In this document: one piece after another, positions 13,057 through 26,420 of the stretch
Layout of the letters: every line of letters starts with the position of its first letter
Position numbering within the stretch: the stretch's first letter is position 1
Assembly (NCBI RefSeq): GCF_009914755.1
Contig: NC_060934.1
Direction: 5' to 3' (one strand)
Source of the DNA: the human T2T-CHM13v2.0 reference genome, Homo sapiens
DNA length: 64,000 bases
The notes under the pieces: model-generated
The model's database searches: none
Told to the model about the DNA's origin: nothing
Seen by the model: only the letters and a program-made list of their open reading frames with translations
Program-made: the position numbers and the translations under genes

Positions 13057-13382
13057 TGCTATGGTTCGAATGTATCCCCAAAAAAACATGTGTTAGAAAC
13101 TTAATTCCCAATGCAACAGAGTTGAGAGTGGGGTCTAATAGAAGGTGTTTGTGTCATGGGGCACCATCCTCATGTATAGATTAATGTCAGCATTGCAAGA
13201 GTGGCTTCCTTATAAAAGGGTGAGTTTGACTCCCTCTTGCTCTCCTGCTCACTCTCTCTTACCCTCTCTTGCCCTCCTGCTTTCTGACATGGGATGGCAC
13301 AGCACAAAGGCCCTTGCCAATGATGCAGACTCCTCAACTTTGGACTTCCCAGCCTCCAGAAGTATAAGAAATAAATCTCTGT

Positions 13383-13413
<31 letters not shown>

Positions 13414-13595
13414 CTTATTTTAGATTCAGGGGTATATACACAGGCTTGTTATATAAGTAAATTGCATGTTATGAGGGACGGGTATACAGATTATTTCATC
13501 ACCCAGGTAATAAACATAGTATCCAACAGGTAGTTTTTCAATATACTACCTAATATCAGGTATTCTGTGATAGCAGCACAAAATGGACTAAGACA
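13057..13595 (+). mobile_element. MaLR LTR (MST-like), interrupted by an L1 3' fragment
   Basis: tgctatggttcgaatgtatcccc...ggacttcccagcctccagaa...aataaatctctg...tagcagcacaaaatggactaagaca; near-TSD gaact/taact. Confidence 0.85.
13411..13542 (-). mobile_element. L1PA (older primate) 3'-end fragment
   Basis: aacttattttagattcaggggtat...gattatttcatcacccaggtaataaacatagtatccaacaggtagtttttcaa is an antisense L1PA13-16-like 3' UTR. Confidence 0.85.
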
Positions 13596-14512
13596 TAACT
13601 TATTTTCATACACTTTGGAAAGGTGGACCTTCTGGCCAGACTTTGGGATAAAACAAGGAATTCTCTGCTCCAATCTTCAGGCCCTGGAGGCTGTTTGGGG
13701 CTGTGTGTTCTTTGGAATCAAGCAGTGAAACAGACACAACTTCATAGAGAATTCTTGATCAAGCCCACAAGTCCATTTTGGGCGCAGGCTCGATTTATCA
13801 CTTCTAGAAGGGAAGAATGTCAAATGCTTATCCTACAACTTCATTCCACAGCCCATTTATATGAACATACATCAAGCAATCCAAAGAAAGAAGAGGTGCG
13901 GAACCATCAGTAACCTCGGGATTGACATTATATCAACAGGATGTGCATGAGGGCTGGAGATTTATAATAGTCTGCTCAAAGAAATAGTTCAAACATACTG
14001 GCTCACTTTGATCAACACATCTTTCTAGAAGGATGAATGATTTAAAAATGTACAGAACAGGAGATCTGAGCTCCTTCAACATAAATATAGGCTGAGGGTT
14101 TCCTAGGTACCCTGTCCTCAGTGAGGGTGAATTTGCAGGCAAGAAGGGAAGCCACTGATGCTGTCTCTTTCCTCAATCAGATTGGGCTCCACTGTGGGGT
14201 TATGTAGGGAGGAACAGATAGTGCATGCAGTCTGTGGATGGGCAAGCTGTCTGGAGGGACCTCTGACGGGAGAAGTGAGAGCAAGCTGGAATAGTAGGAA
14301 TGGCTTCATGGAGGTACTGGGCTGAAAGAGTGAGAGGTTTGGGTAGACCTAAAGGAAGAAGTAGGTCATTGAAATCCTGTGAAGTCAAGAAAGAGCAAAA
14401 CATCTCCTTGCCCTCAAAAATAACGTAAGTATAAAGAAAAGTTACTCTGAGTCCAGTGTGCCCAAAGTATGCCCCAAAATATGGAATGGAAGAACCCTAA
14501 GCTGCAGAGATT

Positions 14513-14514
<2 letters not shown>

Positions 14515-14557
<43 letters not shown>
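14515..14557. repeat. (CA)~21 microsatellite
   Basis: Perfect AC dinucleotide run. Confidence 0.98.
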
Positions 14558-14560
<3 letters not shown>

Positions 14561-15149
14561 CAAAGATAAATAGCTCATCAAAATGACACACCTCCAGGCT
14601 AGCTGTGGATTGGAGCCAGAGTCTGGGCTATATTCTAAGAGTCTAGATTCACATTTAGTGCTCTGGGACAAAAATCATATGTTGTTCTCAACAAAACCAC
14701 TTTACACATCACTTTCAGTACAAATATGATGAAAAGTGCCTAATTTGTCTTCTTTCCTAATCCTTTTTTTGTAAAATACCTATGTCTTTTAGAGCAGAAA
14801 ATGAAGTTAGTATGAAAAGGGCAAGGAGAAGCCACAAGCAGACAGGATGCCAGTCACGCTGGCTGGGGCCACTGCCAGGCGTGGCCTGAGTGCCAGGCAG
14901 CTCCAGGAGGGAGGAGGTGAGTAGGGACCTCCTGCCTCTTCAGGAGCAGGTTAGTAAGCACTGATCCCCACCCACAAGTAAGTCCTGTAGACTTTGGTTG
15001 GGATAAAGCCACCTCGGTACTTTAAGGCCTCCAGAGCTTTTCTGGTTATTTTCATAAAGATAAATTCTAAAGAAAGTTCATGTCATGGAAAAAAAGACCA
15101 GGTATAGACTTCATAGAAGTAAGTTTCACAAAGTCAAGAGCAAAAGCAT

Positions 15150-15370
15150 CTAATATTGATTACATGCTGACCATGACGGGTCCCGGCTAACAGCTCTATA
15201 CAGATTACTTCCCTGAATCCTTACAGTAGCCACTTCATCAGGGGTACTATTGTCTCAGTTATTAAAGATGAGACAGCAGATGCTGGAGATGTTTCCTTAT
15301 TCACCCAAGATCACACAGAAAATAAGAGGCTGAGCCAGAAGAGGATCCCAAGTCTGCTCGTGGCCAAAGA
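15150..15370 (-). mobile_element. MIR SINE
   Basis: gaatccttacag...ggtactattgtc...agatgag...cccaagatcacacag. Confidence 0.65.
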
Positions 15371-15736
15371 CCCCTCAATTGCCTCCCAAGGGAAACTGAG
15401 GCAGGGTGAGAGGTCACCTGAAGAAGGTAGAAAGCCTCAGAGATGGAGTTCTGACCTAAAGATTACAAATATCCTCCCAAAATCACCCCAGTGTGGCTGG
15501 ACAGGGAGCTCTGAGAAGGATGGATAAGGTTGCCCAACCTCCGAACAGAGGCAGCCTGGAGGGCCAGTATACACGCAGAGTATCAGCCTGACCCTCCACA
15601 TGCCTCAGAGCTGGGACATGGGAGCTGCTTTCGAGTGAATAACAAGTATCTGTGTGCCAGGCCCAGCCAGGACCACAGCTCAGCCCCTCTGTACATTCAC
15701 CCTGGCAAAAGAGCCATGGGGACATCAAAAACACCA

Positions 15737-15992
15737 ATCATCATAGCCAATTGCATAGCAATTTCTATATGCCAGGCACTGTACTAAGTATGCTTCATAT
15801 GTCAATTCCTTTAATCCCCTCAGCAACTCTGTGAGGTAGGTGCTGTTGTTAGCTCTGTATTTCGGATGAGTAAACAGAGGCACAGAGCAATTCTTTCACT
15901 TGTCCAAGGTAACAGAGCTAGATAGTGGTAAAGGCCTAAATTTCAACCTGGCAATCTGGTGCCAAAACCAAGACTCTAAACTCTCTGCACAC
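15737..15992 (-). mobile_element. MIR SINE (near full length)
   Basis: tatatgccaggcactgtactaag...ttaatcccctcagcaactctgtgaggtagg...gaggcacagag...cttgtccaaggtaacagagctag. Confidence 0.85.
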
Positions 15993-16034
15993 TACCTTGC
16001 CTTATACCAAGAACTACTCTAGTTTTGGCATGCC

Positions 16035-16320
16035 TAATAAATATTTATGAGGACCTACTATGTGCCAGAGCCAGTGTATGAGCTGGGAATACAAACATAA
16101 CTGATATCATGCCTACCTTTCAGGGTCCATCATCTGCAACACAGACACATACACAGGTATAATGGTGTAGGGGTTCTATGGAGGGGTGGGGTGCACAGGA
16201 TATTATGGGACCACATATTAGGATACCTAACTCAACTTCAGGGAGTCAGGGAAGGTTTCTTGGAACAGATGATGCTGAACTACATCTTAAAAATTAGATG
16301 GAAGTTAGCTAGAAAGACAG
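16035..16320 (-). mobile_element. L2 LINE 3' fragment
   Basis: aataaatatttatgaggacctactatgtgccag...gggagtcagggaaggtttcttggaa. Confidence 0.7.
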
Positions 16321-17190
16321 CCTAAGAAACACCAAATTTTAATTCTTCTAAGGCTTTTAAGCTCTGCCAAGTCAAATCCCTGGGAAGCTCTAAGCCTGGA
16401 TGATATCATTTCAGCTCTCCATGGAAAAATTCACACCAAACTAGAATATCACACTGTTTATGCCTTTGGCTTCCAGCCAGAGCTGATATAAGAGGCAGCC
16501 ACATGAATCGCATTTGCATTGTTTGTAAAACTGCAAGCAAAGACACTATCCATTATGTTGTTCTATGTCCCTTATCTAGAAACTCATGTGATAAATGCCT
16601 TCTAAAAAAGCACCAAACTAAAAAAAAAAAAGAAAAAGAGAAAAAATAGAAGCCTCACTCCCAATGGACTGGCATTCTTCCTTATAGTAAGCATTGAGGG
16701 TCATGCATTCTATCCAGTTCTGTTTGTTGCCTTGCCTACTGGGAAGCTCAGAGCAGAGGGCAATGTTAAGAGCTTCCTTTAGCCTATGTTTTTTGGCATA
16801 AGGATCCCTTTGCCCTTGTTTACTTGCCTCTATTTTGACAGAAAAAGTGGACATTTAATATTTTTATTGAGTTATTTTGATGTTCAATTAAAAAGTATTT
16901 GGCTAAGAGACGGTGAGTTTTAGAATGCCATTAATACAATCTCTTCTTGCACTAAGTTAAAAGAGCAGTTATTAAGTTAATTTTAATTCACATTTGTTTT
17001 TCAACTCAATAGAATTTGATTTTATAAATTAAAATAATGCTTTTGTTTCCTAGATGTGGCCATTACCCAATTTTACTGATGTGAACCAAGCCCAGACCGA
17101 CCTGGAGAGCAGCTTCTGGAGGCACCACCAGCCAATATCCTGGTTTGTTCCACTCAAATCCTCACCCAGGCTGTTTTCCTTTACATGAGA

Positions 17191-17322
17191 CCAGTGGTTT
17201 TCAACCCTGCACATCTGATTCACCTGAGCAGCTTCAGAAAATCCCAGTGTCCAGGCCTCATCCCAACAATTCTGGCTTAATTAGTCTGGGGTGTGGCCTG
17301 GACAAGCATTAGTACTTCTAAA
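17191..17322. mobile_element. MER5-type hAT-Charlie fragment
   Basis: ccagtggttttcaaccctgc...cacctgagcagctt...ttaattagtctggggtgtggcctgg. Confidence 0.65.
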
Positions 17323-17759
17323 GAAGAGCAAAGATGCTAAAGATAAAGATGGCCTGTGCAACAAGATGTGAAAACTTCCCAGTCTAACGTGAAACACAGA
17401 TGCAGGAGGTCAAAATGTAGAGCAGCCTGGGCCCATTTTCAGCAGGGGAAAAAGGTAGCACCTTCTGACTGGCCCCGGTGGGCATCAGAAAACTAAAACT
17501 GTTATTCAAAATACCCACCTGTGTTCATCAGAAAAGGACCATTTCTCTCTGTATCCAGCCGAGTAGCTGTGTTGAAGGTATCACCTGCCCTACCCTGTCT
17601 CATCTCAGTCTTATGTTCTGCTCAGAGTTCACCTTGTGGTTGACCTGACTATATTATCATAGCCCATTGCTCTTGAGGGTCTCCCCTCTTAAACTGTAAG
17701 ATTCTAGATGATAGGAGCTGAGTTTGATTCATTTTTGTAACCCCAATGCCTAACCCCAT

Positions 17760-17986
17760 AGCTTTTAGCCAGGGGCAATTTTACCTCCACTGCCCTCCTC
17801 CCACTGGAACATTTGGCAATGTCTGGGGACATTTGGGGTTGTCAAAACTTGAGGTGAGGGGGTCAAGGGTATCAAATGGGTAGAGGTCAGGAAGGCTGCT
17901 AAACATCGTACAATGCACAGTTCTGCCCCCACCACAAAGAAGTGCCCAGCCCAGAATTCCAACACTGCCGAGGTTGAGAAAACCAG
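17760..17986 (+). mobile_element. MER20 (hAT-Charlie)
   Basis: acatttggcaatgtctggggacatt...gctgctaaacatcgtacaatgcacag...gccgaggttgagaaa matches the MER20 consensus. Confidence 0.9.
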
Positions 17987-18529
17987 GGCTAGCTTAATGT
18001 TCAACACAAAGTTGACACTAAATATCAGAAAGATATTCACATCAAGAAGTTTCTTCTTCCCATACTTATTCATCATTCAGATAAGGCCAATGTGATCTAT
18101 CAACATCTAGACTCTCCATCCCAGATTTATTAGCTATCTGGTCTCAATTTGACAAGCCTTTGAGCTTAATATATTCTACAAAGCCATCAACCAACAGAGT
18201 TTCTTCCAGAGGTATGAATGCCTCCTTTCCAATTATGATCCCAAAGATCTTGCCAGGGGGAATCTGGATGGGAGAATCCAACTCTCTAGGGCAAGTTCTC
18301 CAGGAAAATCCACCTGAATTAAGGAGAAAAATACTTGGACATATTTTCTATAAGTAAGACCCAATATTGAGGGAAAAGTTCAGCCACAGCCATTCCTCCC
18401 TAGTGGATTACCAGCATCTAAGTGCTCGGATGGGGTCAGAGTCCACCCTCTACTCTTGCCCTGACTTTCAATACAACGTTCTCCAATTTTTCATCTTATA
18501 TATTTCAAAATTAGAATAACAATGAGATA

Positions 18530-18725
18530 AATCAATATTTTTATTTGAGCACTTACTATATGCTGGGCAGTGTGCTCAGAGTTTTACATGGCTTGTCTCC
18601 CGTAACTCTCACAACAACGCTATGGGGTAGTTTCTCTCATGGTTCCTATTCTACAAATGAGAAAAGTGAGCCTCAGAGACATCATAAAATGCCACGATAC
18701 AAACGAGCCAGGATTTGACCTCAGG
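18530..18725 (-). mobile_element. MIR SINE
   Basis: tttgagcacttactatatgctggg...ctcacaacaacgctatggggtag...tacaaatgagaaaagtgag. Confidence 0.8.
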
Positions 18726-19405
18726 GATAGTGAGTAAACATGCTGAAAATATACAAAAGGCTCTCCAGTTCTAATCAACAGTATTCTGGGGGCCAATTAA
18801 AAACCCAGTCCTCTATGGGTCATCACCAGTAACAATAGATTAGAAACAGGCCAGAAGCTAATTTGGCCAGCCTCTAGCTGGGTAATCGCAGGTAGTCATT
18901 TAACCTGTGATTTGGAAAGCTTTAAAAAATTACAACTTGATAATACCAGCAACAACAATCTCTCATATTCAACCGAAAAAAGTCACATGAAAGTATATTA
19001 AGTAAAATCCCTTTTTAAAGTTAATTTCTTCAAAATAAATTAATCAAGTAAATTTGAGCATAGTTGTTCAAACCTGCCAAAGTTTGATTAGTTTGTAAAC
19101 GGATGCTGACACTTGTAGCCTCCTGGAAAACCAAGCCTTGTCAAATGGTTGTCCCTGGAGGCCAACCCTCAGCAGGTGGGTCATTGCTCAGTCCCAGGCC
19201 GCCTGGTGCCTGGTCTGTAGGACAGCCTCTCTGCCAGCCTACCTGGACTGCCTCCGGGGGACCCCTGATTCCTCCAACCTGAGTTCAACAAGGAGGTCAA
19301 GGTCAAGTCTATGCTTCCCCACCTCTCCCTACCCAAGTAGGTCTTACTGGGCCCCATGATCCAACAGAGATTGCTTTCTTATTAGCTTATAGACAGGATA
19401 CAACC

Positions 19406-20505
<1,100 letters not shown>

Positions 20506-21239
20506 TCATATGCAGACCCCCAGAGCTGCTGGCAGCCCTCTCCAAAGCTATTGGGATGAATAATAAATGCAGATTCCAGGGTGCACACACTGATGTGGCT
20601 TCTGAAAAAGAAATTGGAGAAACATCCGTTTCTATCGATGTCTGGGTGACTTACAGCTCTGGAAATATATCTATGGAATGATTTATCTGAATTTTATAGA
20701 CCCTAGGCTTCTCCCAACCAAAACCCAGTTACTGCTTCCATAATAACTCATCCAATGGATTGCTTTAAATTTAAAGGGTGCAGGGAGAACTTTGACTGCC
20801 TGCAATGTTTAAATCTTGTCTTCTGTGGAGGTTCTGTTAAACTTCTGGATGGCCTGGACAAAAGCACTGTTGACCCATGGGGACAACTGGGTTCAGTGGC
20901 ATGGGAAACACAAAGAGGCAGAGCCAGACCCTGGCTGAAGAAAGCATCAGCCAGAACCTTGGAGAGGAGAAGAGACCGAGGCAGGGGCTCAGGGTGCCAA
21001 AGCAGCCGCTCAAGCTCCAAGAGCTTCCTCAGAAGGGTTGCTATAAACCAAGACTGACTACCAATATAAGAACCATTCTGCTTGGGGAAGGCCAGATCAC
21101 AGGATGGGGAGACTGGAGAAGAATTGTATGTATTAAGGACCCACATATATCAGGTGCTTTTCATCCATCTGTGATGTGTGATGTGTATTCATTTATTCTT
21201 CCCACCTTAGGAGGGTTGGTCTTCATAATCAGGAAGATA

Positions 21240-21360
21240 TAGGTTCAAATCCTGGCTGCACTATATGCCAGCTGGGTGTCCTTGGGTAAGTTATTTAACC
21301 TTTCTGACCCTCGTTTTCTCATCTGTATTTAGAAATTATAGTCTATACCTCACAGAGCCT
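21240..21360 (+). mobile_element. MIR SINE
   Basis: ggttcaaatcctggct...gtccttgggtaagttatttaacctttctgaccctcgttttctcatctgta. Confidence 0.8.
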
Positions 21361-21384
21361 GAACCTTTTAAAGTGCATTTTTGA

Positions 21385-21680
21385 AGAATGTTTAATAGCA
21401 TGGGAAAATGCTCATTAACAGCATTAAAAGAAAAAAATATAGGATGACACACAAAAACCACATAACTCTAGTTCTGTAAAAAGAATATATACATGTTGAA
21501 TATATGCATATCTATATGCTGTGAACATATATGCATAGACAGATGAAAGAAAATAAATAAAACTATTAACGATGGTTATATCTACATGGTGGGAATTCAG
21601 ATGATTTAATTTTTAAATGTACTTTTTATATTTTCCAAATTGCCTACAATGAACATGACATACTTTGAAATATTTTTCTA
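21385..21680 (+). mobile_element. L1M (MC/ME-type) 3' fragment
   Basis: aactattaacgatggttatatct...atattttccaaattgcctacaatgaacatg. Confidence 0.55.
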
Positions 21681-23632
21681 GATTTGCATTTTTATTGCAA
21701 AAGTGATCCATGTTCAGTGTAGGAAATTAAACTTTGTTACCACTGGGAACAGCTTGTTATGAATTCTTCCAGATGTTTTTCTGTGCCTATCTAAATATAT
21801 ATGCACAAGGCATGAATTTAACAGGTCACAAATTCAGGAGGTGTGCAAAAGAGGGCATCTTTAGTTTTTTGTGATTGAATTTTATTTCTATCCCAAGCCC
21901 CATTCCACTTAGTGGCAGAAACGTAATTTTAAGCAATGGAAAGTGAGATCAGGCAAATAAGAATGCTCCCAGACAAATAAGAGTTTTCCCTGTGGCTTTA
22001 ACTGCCTCCTGTCTCCTACTTCTCCCTGGAATTGCATCTTCATCCTAGGGAGCTTACACGGTGCTGAAGTGTGCAATGGGGCACTGGAGGGGTCATCTTT
22101 CCATGCTAGCTTGAACCTAGATATACTTTTCCCCTGCCCTCCGTCTTCAGGATCTATCCCAACTAATGGACTCTTAGATATCCAAGTTTCTCAAATGTAC
22201 TGATCAACCCAAGCCAAACACACTGGGGCACCCCTTTCTCAGCTGTGAGCCTTCTTCTGGTCCAAGAGACTTGGGTCCTCAGTTTCTCAAAGTCCCCCTC
22301 AAGGGGACACGTGGAAAGCTTCCAGATGCTATCCCGTGCTCCCCTGGGAGGGGCACTCACAGGCTTTCTCTGTCTAGACCTGCCTCCTACCCCCACCCTG
22401 CCAATTTCTAATCTTCTGATGCTGCCTATACCTGGTTCAGAGGATGTTGGTGGGGGTCTCCACCTTCACAGAGTTCAGAGGGGTCTCTGACTCTTATGTC
22501 TCCAACTGTCTGGGGCCTGTGATCCAGACCTTCCTTCCCCACACTAGGGGGATCCCCACCCTAAAGATCACTTCACAGATACCCATCCAAAACTTAAATG
22601 AGAACACTCAGATTCTCCACCCAGCTTCCTCTCCTTCCTGCAGCTACTGTAATCTTTATCTCTTTTGCATGGACCTGGCGGACAGTGAGCCTCGGTGTTC
22701 GTGTTCAAGGTTTAAGACATAAACCTGATGCCAGGGGTCCTTTATCTCTGCCTTGGAATGGAGACTATGCAAGCCTTCTCCTCAAATCAATGTCTCTATT
22801 ATAGATTACAAAAGTCTATTTTGAAATTCCAAAGCTGAAATTAACTTTTGTCCTGTGGTCCTATGTGTTGCCTGAATACTGGGAGAGGAGAGGAAGTGAG
22901 GCATAGAAAGAAGAGAAAAGAGCAGCTGTTCATATTCAAAACTATTAAATACTACATATGTCTTTGGTTGTGTGAAATAAAGATACACAGCTTAGTAATA
23001 GTATGACAGTAGAAGCATATCATACATACTTTCTACAATATTCTTATCACCACTGAAAAATATGCCTTTGAGTTATTGGGCTAATAAATTCTTTGCAATA
23101 GTTGAAAACTATTCTATTATTCCATTTTGATATCTAATCATTTGTTTCAAAAATAGAGTTGCTTCCAATTTTTCAATATTTAATGCTTCAATGAACATTC
23201 TTGTGCATATCTCTTGCTCACTTGATAAACTATTTCTGGCAGATAAATTCCTAGAGGAAAAATTGTTATGTCAAAGGATATTGCCAAATAGCCCCCTACC
23301 AAAAAATTATATATGGGAACTTTACAGAAATAACATTTGAGTTCTGTGAGGGAAAATGATTATTTAATAAGGAAATTTAATAAAGAATGCTGGAATAAAT
23401 CAAAGATATATAAAATATATGCCATATTTTTTAAAACTATATGCCAAACAGATTAAAGCTCTAAATGGAAATAATAAAATATCTATACTGGGAGGGAAAA
23501 AAATACCAGAAACATAAGCATTACCTCACCATGGAACTAGGAAGAATTTCTTAAGCCAGATCATCTTTAATATAGTGAAAAATACCATAAAGCAAAAAGA
23601 TAAATGAAAGATTAGAGAAAATATTTGCAATG

Positions 23633-23781
23633 TACTGTCCCTTGCTATACTTGGGGATTGAATCTACCCCCACCTATACCAAAATCCAGGCACACTTAAA
23701 ATCACAGCTGGCCCTGCAGAGCCCACCTCTATGAAAAGTCAACCTATGTAGTTCAAACTCATGCTGTTCAAGGGTCAACTA
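23633..23781 (+). mobile_element. MER8 (TcMar-Tigger), internally deleted
   Basis: ctgtcccttgctatacttggggattg...taccaaaatcc...ggccctgcagagccc...gttcaaactcatgctgttcaagggtcaact. Confidence 0.75.
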
Positions 23782-23906
23782 TACATGCCAAGCAAGTGGT
23801 TAATATCAGTAAATAAAGAGCTCCTTTAGTATTAATAAGAAAATAAAGGAGAATGGGGCAAAGGATTGCAAAAGCAATGCAGAGAAAAAGAAATTGAAAA
23901 GGCTAA

Positions 23907-24397
23907 TGTGATAGATCGCAAACAATGGCCACACGATTCTCCCTCCCATCAGGAGAGATATCTACTTCCCCAAGCCCGGAGTCTGGATTGGCTGTGTGAC
24001 TTTTTTGGCCAATGGGAAATGAACAAACATAACCTGAGCAGAGACTTTAAAAGTTCTCAGCACTGGGGCTTGTCCTATCTTGCTGCTCTGAGGAATCCTG
24101 CCACAGTAGCCTGTGAACAGTCTCTGTCTAGCCTGGTGGATTATGAGACACACATGGCCCACTGGCCTCCATTGCCCTAGCCAACAGCCACCCAACTGGC
24201 AACCACAGGGCCACCTAACTGACCAGTAGCTGACCACAGATCTGTGAAGGAGCTAAGCCAAGACCAGTAACAGAACTTCCCGGCTGAGCCCAGCCCAAAC
24301 TGGTGGCCCACAGAATTGTGAGCTAAAATAAATGGTTGTTGCTTTAGGCCACTAAGGTTTGGGGTGATTTGTTATGCAGCAAAAGCGAACAAAAATA
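23907..24397 (+). mobile_element. MLT1 (G/H-like) LTR
   Basis: ggctgagcccagcccaaactgg...cacagaattgtgagctaaaataaatggttgttgctttaggccactaaggtttggggtgatttgttatgcagcaa. Confidence 0.85.
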
Positions 24398-25199
24398 GCT
24401 AATAAACAAATAAAAATGTGCTCAAGCTCACAAGCAGCAAATTTAAGCATGGTATTATTTTTAACCCCTCGAATTGACAAAAATGAAGAAAAATAATAAT
24501 TTCAGTTCAGCAAGGATGGAAAGAAATAATATTTCTAGTCATTGCTGAGTGAAAATTGCTGCAAACATATCTGAAAAGTAATGTGACAATAGCTATTAAA
24601 ACTGAAAATACATATAGCCTTTGACCCTAGAGTTCGACTTTGAGAAATTTATCTTACAGCAGTAAAAAATGTATAAGGATATTTATTGGCGTATTGGCTG
24701 TATTGGGGGAGGAGGAATCATCAAAGAAAGGAACGGAGGGAGGTAGTGAGAAAGAAAAGAATGGAAGAGAAAACCTGGGGCAAACATGTATATCTCTCAA
24801 TAGGAAAATGCTTAGTAAAATGTAGCATGTGCATATTATGGGTCACTAGATAAATACTAAAGGAGTAAATTAGACTTACATTTACTAATTTGGAAAGATG
24901 AATGTGATTTACTGTAGAGTTTTTTTTTAAGTAAGTTACAACGTAACGGATATAGTACAATTCCATTTTTTCTAAAATAAAAACGATGATATAGTTATAT
25001 GCGTTTTTGCAGAATATTATAATACTGACATGTTTTCATTTTACTAATTTCTTTTATACAGTGGCCCTCCTAAAGACATGGAAATAATGGGTACCCCAGC
25101 AGACTATAGAAATAAAGGTTAACTCATGGCTTTGAGTTTCAAATGCTGAGGTCCTCATCCAAACTATGACTGCCAAGCATCCTAACCATGAACACCTAT

Positions 25200-26420
25200 C
25201 AGCAAAACCTTTGAAGCAGGTGCTCCGTTATGTGTATACTTAGGTATTTAAAAATTATGCACATGAATTACTATAGATTATAAAACATATTAGAATATAT
25301 AATACTAAAAGATCCAAAAGAAGAAATAAATGATTTTAATAAGTTATGATTTACTGTGATTAATAGTACAAAATCTTTTTGGTATAATTAAAAACATATA
25401 TGCTCCATTATAAACAATTTAAGTCCAGCAATGTAATTGAAAATGCTTTAATTTTTTTTAAATCTTGGTTTAACCCTTTGTAATACAGTAATTCAAAGCC
25501 TGCTTCCAGTTTCCATTTATTTCAATACTTGATTTTAATGGGTACTGTAGCTGAAAGTGGTATCTGTCAGATTTCCATATGTCCAAACTGAAGAAGTTCT
25601 TTGGGGTATTGCTTCCTCAATCTTAGCAAACAGAATTTGTCAAAAAGTTGACTAATACATTTCCATCTTCCCAGATACTTCAAACACACTAAAATTTCAT
25701 GTTTTTAGAAAGTCATTTCAAAGCACATTGAAACCCTTCACTCTGAAAAGTTCCTACACATGGGCTAGAAAATTCTGTTTCCCAGGTTTTTAGGATGATA
25801 AAATTTTCATAGTTTTCATAAGCACTTTCAAAACATCCTGAGATACTTCACTGTGGAAGTTTTTTATATACGGATTAGAAAATTCTGTTTCCAAGGTTTG
25901 TTTTCTAGTAAGCAGATATAAGGGCTTTAAATTATTATTTATGAGTGACACATATGGTTTTCAGCAACAACAATTAAAAATACTGGAAATATTTCCGACC
26001 ATTCATTTTCAAAATGCTCTCTTGAACCAAGAATTTACTTCAAAAAGCAATTACTTTCTTATGAATTGTTAAAACATTGAAGGGACAGATAAAATATGTT
26101 TAATTTTTAGAAGAGTATCTGCCAGGTAGCATTCAATTGACATTATCTCATTATTACAAATAGGGTCAGCAATCCTCAAAGTTTGTTTTTTAATGAGAGA
26201 AAAATGTCTTAGCATCAAGTCCCAGACTTTTAAGCACTTTGCCAAAAGATCACCAGTGAAGCTCTGGGTAGTACAAAAGATTTCAAAATTTTCTCCCCAT
26301 TTCATTACAAGGTACTATAAAGAGTCTGCCATTGAAAGGTCTTGTGTTTTAAAAAGTAATCAGCTAATGGTATCTCATGGCAGATTAAATAGGTTGTGCT
26401 CAATGCCCTGAGAAGACAAG
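25200..26420 (-). mobile_element. hAT-Charlie DNA transposon with decayed transposase C-terminal half
   Basis: Minus-strand frames give CNEMG..NLLYYPELHW*SFGKVLK (cf. LLYHTEVRWLSRGKVL), CYLAD, and LLQFG..IKIKY*NK (cf. LLPF..TYLCE..FS..IKTKYRN); contains stops and frameshifts. Confidence 0.8.

Larger units (their letters stand above)
23000..25000. mobile_element. Old L1M fragments (antisense 23.0-23.3 kb, sense 23.3-25.0 kb) hosting MER8 and MLT1
   Basis: L1-like text: gataaattcctagagg...tcaaagg; gagaaaatatttgcaatg; gaaaattgctgcaaac...atagcctttgaccc. Confidence 0.5.

Noticed and set aside
25200-26420. Domesticated hAT transposase gene (ZBED/Buster-like)
   Set aside because: Motifs are split across frames with stops; no long ORF.
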